From the NCBI GenBank assembly GCA_021845825.1, contig JAJZVF010000001.1, positions 1 through 55,491 of the forward strand: 55,491 bases of DNA, given 5' to 3'. The translations under genes and the position numbers were made by a program. Origin of the DNA: Pseudomonadota bacterium. GTDB taxonomy: Bacteria; Pseudomonadota; Gammaproteobacteria; Steroidobacterales; Steroidobacteraceae. The notes below the pieces were generated by a model, which was not told the origin of the DNA, ran no database searches, and was given only the letters and a program-made list of their open reading frames with translations. Shown one piece after another: positions 47,630 to 55,491 of the stretch (within the stretch, counting starts at the first letter, position 1; each line of letters starts with the position of its first letter).

Positions 47630-48784
47630 TCAGTTGATCCTGATTGTCGGCTCGACCGACATGCCCGGTCCGAGCACGCACCCCTTCGGGATCGAGTCGA
47701 AGTCGATCCGCACCGGCACCCGCTGCACGATCTTGACGTAGTTGCCGGTGGCGTTCTGCGGCGGCAGCAGGTCGAACGCCTCCCCGGAGCCGCGCTGGAT
47801 CGAAGCGACGTGACCCTGGGCATCGGCCTGCGGACAGGCGTCGATGTGGATGCGCACGCGCTCCCCCGGGTGAATGAGGTCGAGTTCGGTTTCCTTGAAG
47901 TTCGCCGTGACCCAGAGTCTGAGCGGCACGAGCGCCATCATTTCCTGGCCGGGGGTGACGTAGTTGCCGATCGCCACGGATTTCTGGGTCACATGACCGG
48001 CCTCGGCTGCCATGATGGCCGTGTAGCCGAGGTTGAGTCTGGCTGCCGCGACTTGCGCACGGGCGCTCGCCACACGTGCAGCGGCGCCGGCCACGGCTGC
48101 CTCGGATGCCCCGATCTGCGCCTGCGCGCCGACCACCCTGGCGCGCGCGGCGCGCAGTTGTGCCCTCGCGCTGCGCGCGAGCGCCTCCACTTGATCGAGC
48201 TGCGTGCGGGCGAGGGCCTTGATGTTGCGGTGGCGCAGGAAAAGGTAACGGTGCAGGTTCGTCAATGCGTTCGCCGTCTGCGCTTGTGTACTCACGAGCG
48301 ATGCGCGCGCCTGCTGAAGCGCAGCGCGGGCCACCGCGACGTTCGCGCGTGCCTCTCCGAGGCCGGTGTGCGCAAGGCGCTCGGCCGCCAGGGCCTGCTG
48401 TAGGGCCACGCGGTAGGTGGCCGGATCGATCTTGACCAGGATCTGGCCTGCGGCCACTTTCTGATTGTCGGTCACAGGCACGGCGATCACTCGCCCAGGG
48501 ACACGGGGTGAGACTGCGGCGACGCGCGTGTCGATGAACGCGTCGTCGGTGCTGACGAAATGACTCTCGTACCACCAGAAGTAGACCACGCCGACCGCCG
48601 CCAGCGCCACCACCGCCAGCGCGATGAGCAACAGGCGCTTGGACGGCCGCCGCGCTGCGACCGGGCTCGTGCCGCCCGTGGCGGCGCCAGCAGCCGTTTC
48701 GGGATCGCCCGGCTTGCCGGGTTGGCCGCCGGATACCGGTGGGTCGGACCGCAAACTGCGGGCGTCGAGTGTATCCGATTCCAT
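47630..48784 (-). CDS. HlyD-family secretion / EmrA-like membrane fusion protein
   Basis: FVSTDDAFIDTRVAAVSPRVPGRVIAVPVTDNQKVAAGQILVKID...GNYVKIVQRVPVRI. Start at MESDTLDA (ATG 48784). Confidence 0.9.
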   Translation of the reverse strand: MESDTLDARSLRSDPPVSGGQPGKPGDPETAAGAATGGTSPVAARRPSKRLLLIALAVVALAAVGVVYFWWYESHFVSTDDAFIDTRVAAVSPRVPGRVIAVPVTDNQKVAAGQILVKIDPATYRVALQQALAAERLAHTGLGEARANVAVARAALQQARASLVSTQAQTANALTNLHRYLFLRHRNIKALARTQLDQVEALARSARAQLRAARARVVGAQAQIGASEAAVAGAAARVASARAQVAAARLNLGYTAIMAAEAGHVTQKSVAIGNYVTPGQEMMALVPLRLWVTANFKETELDLIHPGERVRIHIDACPQADAQGHVASIQRGSGEAFDLLPPQNATGNYVKIVQRVPVRIDFDSIPKGCVLGPGMSVEPTIRIN

Positions 48785-48922
48785 AGTCTGCAAGCATAAC
48801 GTACAAGCTGTGGCGGGATCTTGCCTCGGACGAGGGATCGGCGCCGGGCGTCGGCCGTCTTTTTTTTGCCGCTCGCCGCATTTCGGCTTTGTGACGTGGT
48901 TCAGCTCTGTGACGCAGAGTAC

Positions 48923-48951
48923 TTGACGGAACCATTGAGCAATCCTAGAGT
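48923..48951 (+). promoter_or_regulatory. Candidate sigma70 promoter for the membrane protein-wHTH-uppS unit (near-leaderless)
   Basis: TTGACG (48923-28), 17-nt spacer, TAGAGT (48946-51). The ATG at 48963 is only 12 nt after the -10. A 15-bp palindrome CTCTGTGACGCAGAG (48905-19) lies directly upstream of the -35, and TGTGACG is repeated at 48890 and 48908. Confidence 0.45.
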
Positions 48952-48962
48952 CCGTCCTCTCT

Positions 48963-49598
48963 ATGCATGGTCCGGCTCCATCGATACGGTCAAGCGCGCC
49001 GGTTGCGATCGACAGCCACGCGCTCGGCACGCTCAACTACATACGCTCCTCGATCGAAGCGGCAGGGGCCTTCGCGGTACCCGGCACCGCCGGTATCGCG
49101 ATGGGCGCGGTCGGGCTCGCCGCCGCCGGACTGGCCTCTGTGCCGGCCCTGTCCGGCCACTGGATCGGGATCTGGCTGACCGCCAGCGTGCTCGCCGCGG
49201 GGCTGGGCATCGTGCTCATTGCGCGCCACCGCGCGGGCCACGGACTGACGCTTTACCGGGGGCCGGCGCGGCGCTTCGTGCTGTGCCTGTGCCCGGCCCT
49301 GCTCGCCGGCGGGGTGCTCACCGCCGTGCTCTGGCAGGCCGGCGAGACCCGACTCCTGCCCGGCATGTGGCTGCTGCTCTACGGCAGCGCCGTGCTGTCG
49401 GCCACCCTGCTCACCGCTCCGGCGATGATGCGCCTGATCGGCGTCATGGGCGCGCTGTTCGTGGTCTGGGGCGCAACGGCTTGCGAGCTGCCCCTGCGCT
49501 GGCACAACTTCGTGCTCGGAGCCGGCTTCGGAGTGCTGCATCTGGCGTTTGGCCTGCTCATCGGGCGCATCGATGCGCGGGCGCGGATCCGCGTGTGA
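48963..49598 (+). CDS. Hypothetical integral membrane protein (about 6 TM)
   Basis: 211 aa of alternating hydrophobic helices. It is the typical upstream partner of HTH_34-type regulators. Confidence 0.65.
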   Translation: MHGPAPSIRSSAPVAIDSHALGTLNYIRSSIEAAGAFAVPGTAGIAMGAVGLAAAGLASVPALSGHWIGIWLTASVLAAGLGIVLIARHRAGHGLTLYRGPARRFVLCLCPALLAGGVLTAVLWQAGETRLLPGMWLLLYGSAVLSATLLTAPAMMRLIGVMGALFVVWGATACELPLRWHNFVLGAGFGVLHLAFGLLIGRIDARARIRV

Positions 49599-49627
49599 AA
49601 ACCAACACCAGGAGGCATGAGGCGCCG

Positions 49628-49981
49628 ATGCGCTCACCCGATACCGTGAGGACGGTCCGCCGGATCCCGGCGCGCGCCGGCACCGAGGATTCGAAGTTCG
49701 ACCGCCTGGTGTACGAGCGGGTGCGCCTCGGGATCATGAGCGCGCTGGCGGTCAACGAGCCGCTTACGTTCAATGAGCTCAAGGCGCTGTTCGAGGTGAG
49801 CGACGGCAATCTGAGCGCGCATGCCCGCAAGCTGGAGGAGGCCGGCTACATCGCCTGCGAGAAATCCTTCGCCGACCGGCGACCGAAGTCCGAGTACCGG
49901 CTCACCGCGGCCGGCCGCCAGGCGCTTTTCCGCTACCTGGATCACATCGAGGCGGTCATCAAGGCAACGAGGCGATCATGA
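49628..49981 (+). CDS. Winged-helix (HTH_34/ArsR-like) transcriptional regulator
   Basis: FDRLVYERVRLGIMSALAVNEPLTFNELKALFEVSDGNLSAHARKLEEAGYIACEKSFADRRPKSEYRLTAAGRQAL. Confidence 0.8.
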   Translation: MRSPDTVRTVRRIPARAGTEDSKFDRLVYERVRLGIMSALAVNEPLTFNELKALFEVSDGNLSAHARKLEEAGYIACEKSFADRRPKSEYRLTAAGRQALFRYLDHIEAVIKATRRS

Positions 49982-50685
49982 GCGCGGGCGGGGGCCTGCA
50001 TATTGCCATCATCATGGACGGCAACGGCCGCTGGGCGCAGCGGCGCGGCATGCCGCGCAGCGCCGGGCACATCCAGGGCGTCAAGGCGGTACGACGCATC
50101 GTCGAGGCGTGCGCACACGCCGGCATCCGCACGCTCACGCTGTACGCGTTCTCATCGGACAACTGGCACCGTCCCGGACCGGAAGTGGAGTCGCTCCTGA
50201 AGCTGCTGCGGTGCTATCTCAGCACCGAGACCCGCCGCTGCCGCCGGCACTCCATCCGGATCAACATCATCGGCCGCCGCGACCGCCTGCCGGCCGCGCT
50301 GGTGAGCGCCATAGACGACAGTGAGCGGCTCACGGCAGGCTGCGCGCGCATGCGCCTGCGGATCGCGGTGGATTATTCCTCCAAACACAGCATCCTGGAG
50401 GCGGCCCGCCGCGCACCGCGCGCCGACCTCTCCGCGCAGGGCTTCCAGGATCTGCTCGCCCAGGTCGATCACTCGCTGCCAGAGTGCGGCCCCGTCGATC
50501 TGCTGATCCGCACCGGCGGGGAACAGCGCCTGTCGGACTTTCTGCTGTGGGATTGCGCGTACGCGGAGCTGTATTTCACCGACCACCTGTGGCCGGACTT
50601 CGGCGAAACCGAGCTGCGCGAGGCGCTCGCCGATTTCTCGCGGCGCCAGCGACGCTTCGGCCGGGTTCTCGCCGAGACGGCCTGA
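49978..50685 (+). CDS. uppS: Isoprenyl transferase (undecaprenyl-diphosphate synthase family cis-prenyltransferase)
   Basis: [24 protein letters not shown]...[14 protein letters not shown]...[39 protein letters not shown] overlap with the regulator gene. The context is atypical, so this may be a paralogue. Confidence 0.88.
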   Translation: MSAGGGLHIAIIMDGNGRWAQRRGMPRSAGHIQGVKAVRRIVEACAHAGIRTLTLYAFSSDNWHRPGPEVESLLKLLRCYLSTETRRCRRHSIRINIIGRRDRLPAALVSAIDDSERLTAGCARMRLRIAVDYSSKHSILEAARRAPRADLSAQGFQDLLAQVDHSLPECGPVDLLIRTGGEQRLSDFLLWDCAYAELYFTDHLWPDFGETELREALADFSRRQRRFGRVLAETA

Positions 50686-50791
50686 CAGACTCCCGAGCCG
50701 CCGCGGCCGCGCCCTCCCTCAAACGAGGGATGACAAACATCAGCCGATGCGTTATCAGTCATCGCATGATACGCACCGGGGAGGGTCTGTG

Positions 50792-51265
50792 ATGAGCATC
50801 GAGCTCACCGTAAACGGGCAGTCCCGCAGCCTTGAAGTCGCGCCGGACACGCCCCTGCTGTGGGCGCTGCGCGATCACCTGGCGCTGACCGGCACGAAGT
50901 TCGGCTGCGGGATGTCGCTGTGCGGCGCCTGCACCGTGCATGTCGATGGCCAGCCCATCAGGTCCTGTATCACGCCGGTTGCCGCAGTCATCGGGACACA
51001 CATCACGACGATCGAAGGGCTGTCGACGCCGGCCGGCAGGGCTGTACAACAGGCCTGGGTCGAGCTGAACGTGCCTCAATGCGGCTACTGCCAGTCCGGC
51101 CAGATCATGTCCGCCGCGGCGCTGCTCGCGACCAACCCCCGTCCGACCGATGCCGACATCGATGGCGCGATGGCCGGCAATATCTGCCGCTGCGCCACTT
51201 ACGTACGCATCCGCAAAGCCATCCACCGGGCGGCGGCCAGCTTGACCGCGTCCGGCGCCCGCTGA
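50792..51265 (+). CDS. (2Fe-2S)-binding small subunit of an IorAB/aldehyde-oxidase-type molybdoenzyme
   Basis: [12 protein letters not shown] and [11 protein letters not shown]...NICRCATY cluster motifs. ATG 50792 follows GGGGAGGG. Confidence 0.9.
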   Translation: MSIELTVNGQSRSLEVAPDTPLLWALRDHLALTGTKFGCGMSLCGACTVHVDGQPIRSCITPVAAVIGTHITTIEGLSTPAGRAVQQAWVELNVPQCGYCQSGQIMSAAALLATNPRPTDADIDGAMAGNICRCATYVRIRKAIHRAAASLTASGAR

Positions 51266-51294
51266 CACGTCCTTGCCACGAGCCGGAGGGCATC

Positions 51295-53523
51295 ATGGAC
51301 TTCCGTGACATAGAGCCATTGACCGTGCTGCGCCGCGCACTGCCGGCGCCCGAGATCACCCGGCGTCAGTTCGTGAAGCTGACGACGCTCGCCGGAACCG
51401 GACTGACGCTCGGCGCGGTGCTGCCCGGCTGCAGCGCGCAATCAGGCGCCACGGCGAGCGATGGACTCGTCATGCCTTTCGTGCACATCGACCCTGACGA
51501 TACGGTCACTGTCATCTGCAAACAGCTGGAGGCCGGCCAGGGCGTGTGGACCGGCCTGCCGGCGATAGTGGCCGAGGAGCTCGATGCGGCCTGGAGCCAG
51601 ATGCGCGTGCTCGATGCGCCCGCCAAGGTTCCGATGTACGGCAACCTCGCCTTCAACCCCAAAGGTCTCATCCAGGGCACCGGCGGCTCGACCTCGGTCG
51701 CCAACTCCTGGATGCAGCTGCGCCACGCCGGGGCGACCGCTCGCGCGATGCTGGTGGCGGCGGCCACCCGCCGCTGGGGGGTGCCCCGGAACGAGATCAC
51801 GGTCAGCAAGGGCGTGGTGCTCCATCAGCCCTCGGGCCGCACGGCCTCCTTCGGCGCGCTGGCCGGCAGCGCCGCGCAGCTGCCGGTGCCTTCGCGGGTC
51901 AGCCTGAAGGATCCGAGTCAATTCACTCTCATCGGCCGTAAACACCTGCCGCGCCTCGATGCCCGCGCCAAATCCTACGGCAAGGAGCGCTACGCGATCG
52001 ACGTCATGCTGCCGGGCATGATGACCGCAGTGGTGCTGCGGCCGCGGCGCTTCGGCGCGAAGGTGGCCGCGTTCGATGCGTCCAGGGCCAAAGCGCATCC
52101 CGGCGTCGTGGATGTCGTCGAAATTCCAAGCGGCGTGGCGGTCGTCGCCCGTGACACGTGGTCCGCATGGAAGGGGCGGGACCTGCTGAAAGTCGACTGG
52201 GACGAGTCAGACGCCGAGAAGCGCGGCACCGCGCAACTCCTTGAGTACTTCCGGCGGTTGGCGGGCAGTAAGGATGCGCTGACGGCCGTCGCCCGCGGCG
52301 ATGTGGACGCGGCGCTCGCGGGTGCACGCCAGCGGATCGATGCGGATTTCGAGTTTCCGTATCTGGCGCATGCGCCCATGGAGACGCTCACGGCGGTGTG
52401 CCGCTTGAGCCCGGATCATTGCGAAATTTGGGCCGGCTGCCAGTTCCAGACCATCGACCAGGCGAATGCCGCCAAGGCGACGGGCCTGAAGCCCCGGCAG
52501 GTTGCGATCAACACCCTGGCGGCCGGCGGCACCTTCGGCCGCCGTGCCAATTTCCCGTCCGACTATATCGTCGAGGTCGCCTCGATCGCCAAGGCCACCG
52601 GCGGCCGTTATCCCGTACGCCTCATCTGGACGCGGGAGGACGATATCGAGCACGGTAGATATCGCCCGCTCAATGTGCACCGCATCAGCGCGGGCGTCAG
52701 CACCGATGGCAAGGTCGCGCTCCGCCAGCGCGTGGTCGGCCAGTCCATCATGGCCGGCGCCCCCTGGGGCGCCCCGCGCGGCGTCGATCCTACGGCGGTG
52801 GAGGGCAATGCCGCCGACGAATACGATCTGGAGAACGTCAGCATCAGCTGGAGCGACCCCAAGGTGGGTATTCCCGTGCTCTGGTGGCGTTCCGTCGGCC
52901 ACTCGCATATGGCGTTCTCCAAGGAAGTCATCATCGATGAGCTCGCCGAGGCGGCAGGTCGGGATCCGGTGGAATTCAGGCTGGCGCTGCTCGGCACGCA
53001 TCCGCGACAGGCGGCGGTGCTCAGGCTGGCGGCGGAAAAGGCCGGCTGGGGGCGTCCGTTTCCGCGCGGGAACGGGCGCGGGCGCGGCGTGGCCGTGCAC
53101 AAATCCTTCAATTCCGTGGTTGCGCAAGTGGCCGAGGTGACCGTATCCGGAAACGACATCACCGTCGAGCGGGTGGTGTGCGCGGTCGACTGCGGGATCG
53201 CGGTGACGCCCGGGGTGATCGAGGCGCAGATGCAAAGCGGCATAGGCTACGGGCTTTCGGCGGCGCTCTGGGGCGCCATCACGCTCACCGATGGCCGCGT
53301 CGATCAATCAAACTTCGACAACTATCGGGTCGTGCGGATAAACGAGATGCCGAAGATTGAAGTCTACATCGTGCCCTCCATGGAGGCGCCGACTGGTGTG
53401 GGCGAGCCGGGCACGCCGCCGATTGCCCCAGCTGTCGCCAATGCGGTGCGCGCGGCGACCGGCATACGGCTGCGCAGGCTGCCGTTCGATCTCGCGGCAG
53501 CGCGGCGCGAGCAGAAGACCTGA
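51295..53523 (+). CDS. Xanthine-dehydrogenase-family molybdopterin-binding subunit (IorB-like), Tat-exported
   Basis: Twin-arginine signal [18 protein letters not shown], and the IorB-like body ([18 protein letters not shown]...[18 protein letters not shown]). Confidence 0.9.
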   Translation: MDFRDIEPLTVLRRALPAPEITRRQFVKLTTLAGTGLTLGAVLPGCSAQSGATASDGLVMPFVHIDPDDTVTVICKQLEAGQGVWTGLPAIVAEELDAAWSQMRVLDAPAKVPMYGNLAFNPKGLIQGTGGSTSVANSWMQLRHAGATARAMLVAAATRRWGVPRNEITVSKGVVLHQPSGRTASFGALAGSAAQLPVPSRVSLKDPSQFTLIGRKHLPRLDARAKSYGKERYAIDVMLPGMMTAVVLRPRRFGAKVAAFDASRAKAHPGVVDVVEIPSGVAVVARDTWSAWKGRDLLKVDWDESDAEKRGTAQLLEYFRRLAGSKDALTAVARGDVDAALAGARQRIDADFEFPYLAHAPMETLTAVCRLSPDHCEIWAGCQFQTIDQANAAKATGLKPRQVAINTLAAGGTFGRRANFPSDYIVEVASIAKATGGRYPVRLIWTREDDIEHGRYRPLNVHRISAGVSTDGKVALRQRVVGQSIMAGAPWGAPRGVDPTAVEGNAADEYDLENVSISWSDPKVGIPVLWWRSVGHSHMAFSKEVIIDELAEAAGRDPVEFRLALLGTHPRQAAVLRLAAEKAGWGRPFPRGNGRGRGVAVHKSFNSVVAQVAEVTVSGNDITVERVVCAVDCGIAVTPGVIEAQMQSGIGYGLSAALWGAITLTDGRVDQSNFDNYRVVRINEMPKIEVYIVPSMEAPTGVGEPGTPPIAPAVANAVRAATGIRLRRLPFDLAAARREQKT

Positions 53524-53538
53524 CGGGCGGCGCGGGCG

Positions 53539-54144
53539 CTATGTCGCCGCGAAGCTGCGGAATGCCTCGCTCCAGGCGGGCGCGCTCTCGAGCGCGGCGG
53601 GGACTTCCTCGGGCTGTGCGACCACCTGCCACATCGCACGGTGCCGCTCGTCCATGAAACGTTCCGCCACCGCGTGCTCAAGCAGCGCCAGCAGAGGCTC
53701 GAAATAGCCGCGGGTGTTCACCAGTACGATGGGCCCGAGGTACAGCCCCAGCCGCTTCAGGGTGACGGCCTCCAGGAGCTCTTCCATGGTCCCGCTGCCG
53801 CCGGGCAGCGCGATCGCCGCCTGCGCGCCCGTGAGCATGAGGTGCTTGCGGCTGCGCATGTCCTCGACCAGCTTCAGCTCCGTGAGCCGCGGGTGGCCCC
53901 ATTCCAGATCGGCCATGAAGCGCGGCAGTATGCCGACCACGCGCCCGCCCCGGCTCAACGCCCCATCGGCCAACGCCCCCATGGAACCCACGGCCCCGCC
54001 GCCGTAGATGACGGCGATGCCGAGGGTGGCCAGAACCTCGCCGAGCCTGAACGCCGCCTGGCGATAGTCCGCGTGGGCGGAACGGCTCGAGGCACAGTAG
54101 ACGCACACTGACCGGGTGATGGCCTGCTCGGAGGTTACGCTCAT
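53539..54144 (-). CDS. LOG-family (TIGR00730) nucleotide phosphoribohydrolase
   Basis: [12 protein letters not shown] and [10 protein letters not shown] motifs. Start at MSVTSEQ (ATG 54144). Confidence 0.9.
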   Translation of the reverse strand: MSVTSEQAITRSVCVYCASSRSAHADYRQAAFRLGEVLATLGIAVIYGGGAVGSMGALADGALSRGGRVVGILPRFMADLEWGHPRLTELKLVEDMRSRKHLMLTGAQAAIALPGGSGTMEELLEAVTLKRLGLYLGPIVLVNTRGYFEPLLALLEHAVAERFMDERHRAMWQVVAQPEEVPAALESAPAWSEAFRSFAAT

Positions 54145-54244
54145 GTGCGGAATCATCCGCCGTCGGTGCACTGCGAGGCAAGTTCCACATCAGCCGCGAC
54201 CGCTCCGGCGCGCCGTGGCCCGGGAAAGGATGGGGGCGTGCCGC

Positions 54245-55447
54245 TCAGGCGCCGCGATACGCGAACACCTGGCGAAGGTAGGCGAGGAAGGTCTCATCGT
54301 CGCAGAGCGTCTTGCCCGGCGAGTCGGAGAGCTTCGCCACCGGCTGACCGTTGCATTCCGCGAGCTTCATCACGATGTCGATTGCCGGGATCCCCAAATC
54401 GTTGGTCAAGTTGGTGCCGATCCCGAAGGCGCAGGGTGCCCGGTCGGCGAAGTGCTCATACAGCGAGAACGCCTTGTGCAGGGTCAGGCCGTCGGAAAAC
54501 ACCAAACGTTTGGTGTGCGCGTCGATTCGTAAGCGCTCATAGTGCGCCAGGGCCTTCTCGCCCCACACGACCGGATCGCCGGAATCATGGCGCAACCCGT
54601 CGAAGAGCTTGGCAAAGTACAGATCGAAGTCGGCGAGGAACGCATCCATTCCCACGACGTCGGTGAGCGCAATGCCGAGATCGCCCCGGTACTCATGCAC
54701 CCAGTTCTCAAGTGCCGCCTGCTGGAAGTTCCTAAGCTGCACGCCCACCGCCTGAAAGGTCTGCAGATACTCGTGGGCCATGGTGCCGACGGCCGTCAAA
54801 CCGTGCCGCCTGGCGAGATGGACATTGGAAGTCCCCCGGAAGTACTGCGGCAGCTCGCGCGCCAGGGTGGCGACGACTTCCTCGTGCCAGAGGCGCGAGA
54901 AGCGCCGGCGCGTGCCGAAATCGAAGAACAGGAAGGGATGACGCCGCGCCGGACCGGTGCGCGCGAATGCCTTCAGCTGCTCGATCTTGCCCGCAAGGCG
55001 GATGCGTCCCTCCTCCAGAGTTGAGCGCTCCTCGAAGGCCCGAAAGTAAAGCTCATTCACGATCGAGAGCATGTGAATCTCGAAACCCATCACGTGGATC
55101 TGCGGACCCCGCGCCTCGATCGTCAGCTGATCCCCGTCGGCGCCCACACGCAGGTAGCGGGGCTGATACCGGAAGATGCGCAGAAAATCGATGAAGTCTG
55201 GCTTCAGATAGCGCAGGGTCGAAAGATACTGGAGTTCCTCTTCGCTGAAGGTAAGGCTGCAGAAGTGATCGAGTTGCTCCCTCACTGCACGTTCGAGCGA
55301 AGCGAGCGGATATCCGGGACGGTTGCGGCAGACGAAGCGATAGACGGCGTGGTTGCCCGGAAAGGAATGCAGAAAGGTCTGCCACATGGTGAACTTGTAA
55401 AGGTCGGTGTCGAGCAGCGTGCGGGCCACCGGGACGAACGTGCTCAT
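54245..55447 (-). CDS. pncB: Nicotinate phosphoribosyltransferase
   Basis: LLDTDLYKFTMWQTFLH...FFDFGTRRRFS...GTMAHEY...DSGDP. Confidence 0.95.
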   Translation of the reverse strand: MSTFVPVARTLLDTDLYKFTMWQTFLHSFPGNHAVYRFVCRNRPGYPLASLERAVREQLDHFCSLTFSEEELQYLSTLRYLKPDFIDFLRIFRYQPRYLRVGADGDQLTIEARGPQIHVMGFEIHMLSIVNELYFRAFEERSTLEEGRIRLAGKIEQLKAFARTGPARRHPFLFFDFGTRRRFSRLWHEEVVATLARELPQYFRGTSNVHLARRHGLTAVGTMAHEYLQTFQAVGVQLRNFQQAALENWVHEYRGDLGIALTDVVGMDAFLADFDLYFAKLFDGLRHDSGDPVVWGEKALAHYERLRIDAHTKRLVFSDGLTLHKAFSLYEHFADRAPCAFGIGTNLTNDLGIPAIDIVMKLAECNGQPVAKLSDSPGKTLCDDETFLAYLRQVFAYRGA

Positions 55448-55491
55448 CGGCTCAGCCTGTCCCGCTCGAGCCCGAGCGCGGCGAGCGCCTC
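55444..55491 (-). CDS. 3' end of an unidentified CDS (partial), translationally coupled to pncB
   Basis: Frame ...EALAALGLERDRLSR with its TGA overlapping the pncB ATG (ATGA at 55444-55447). Only 15 codons are visible. Confidence 0.3.
   Translation of the reverse strand, partial: EALAALGLERDRLSR

Noticed and set aside
48851-48867. T8 run preceded by a weak GC hairpin in the divergent intergenic region between emrA and the membrane-protein gene (terminator-like).
   Set aside because: No upstream plus-strand gene exists for it to terminate, and the stem is only 4 bp. It is more likely promoter-region AT-tract DNA.

Overview
High-GC (about two-thirds G+C by eye), densely coding proteobacterial chromosomal segment with about 60 genes. 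Housekeeping blocks: split class II ribonucleotide reductase (nrdJa/nrdJb), hsp20, cca, folB-folK-pteridine reductase, tsaD divergent from the rpsU-yqeY-dnaG-rpoD operon, pyrE, ampG, trmB and pncB. Operon-like accessory blocks: ECF sigma + putative anti-sigma + beta-helix/RDD membrane protein + MFP/RND pair (five tightly coupled genes); a seven-gene MoxR/DUF58/DUF4381/BatA-D operon; emrA-emrB-kynU-kmo; membrane protein-wHTH-UppS; an IorAB-type molybdoenzyme. Two features are invisible to an ORF track. (1) A tRNA-Ile(CAU) gene at 19493-19845 is interrupted in its anticodon loop by a 280-nt group I (IC3-like) intron. It lies next to an HNH-endonuclease-like ORF and a truncated TauE gene. (2) A 1.5-kb transposase-less element with Tn7-like ends (148-1676) sits about 30 bp downstream of the nrdJb stop. 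It carries one nucleotidyltransferase-fold gene preceded by two 31-bp palindromes. No rRNA and no CRISPR array were seen. Many long ORFs in the track are antisense or out-of-frame shadows typical of high-GC DNA and were not called. All family assignments come from motif recognition and memory, not from database searches.
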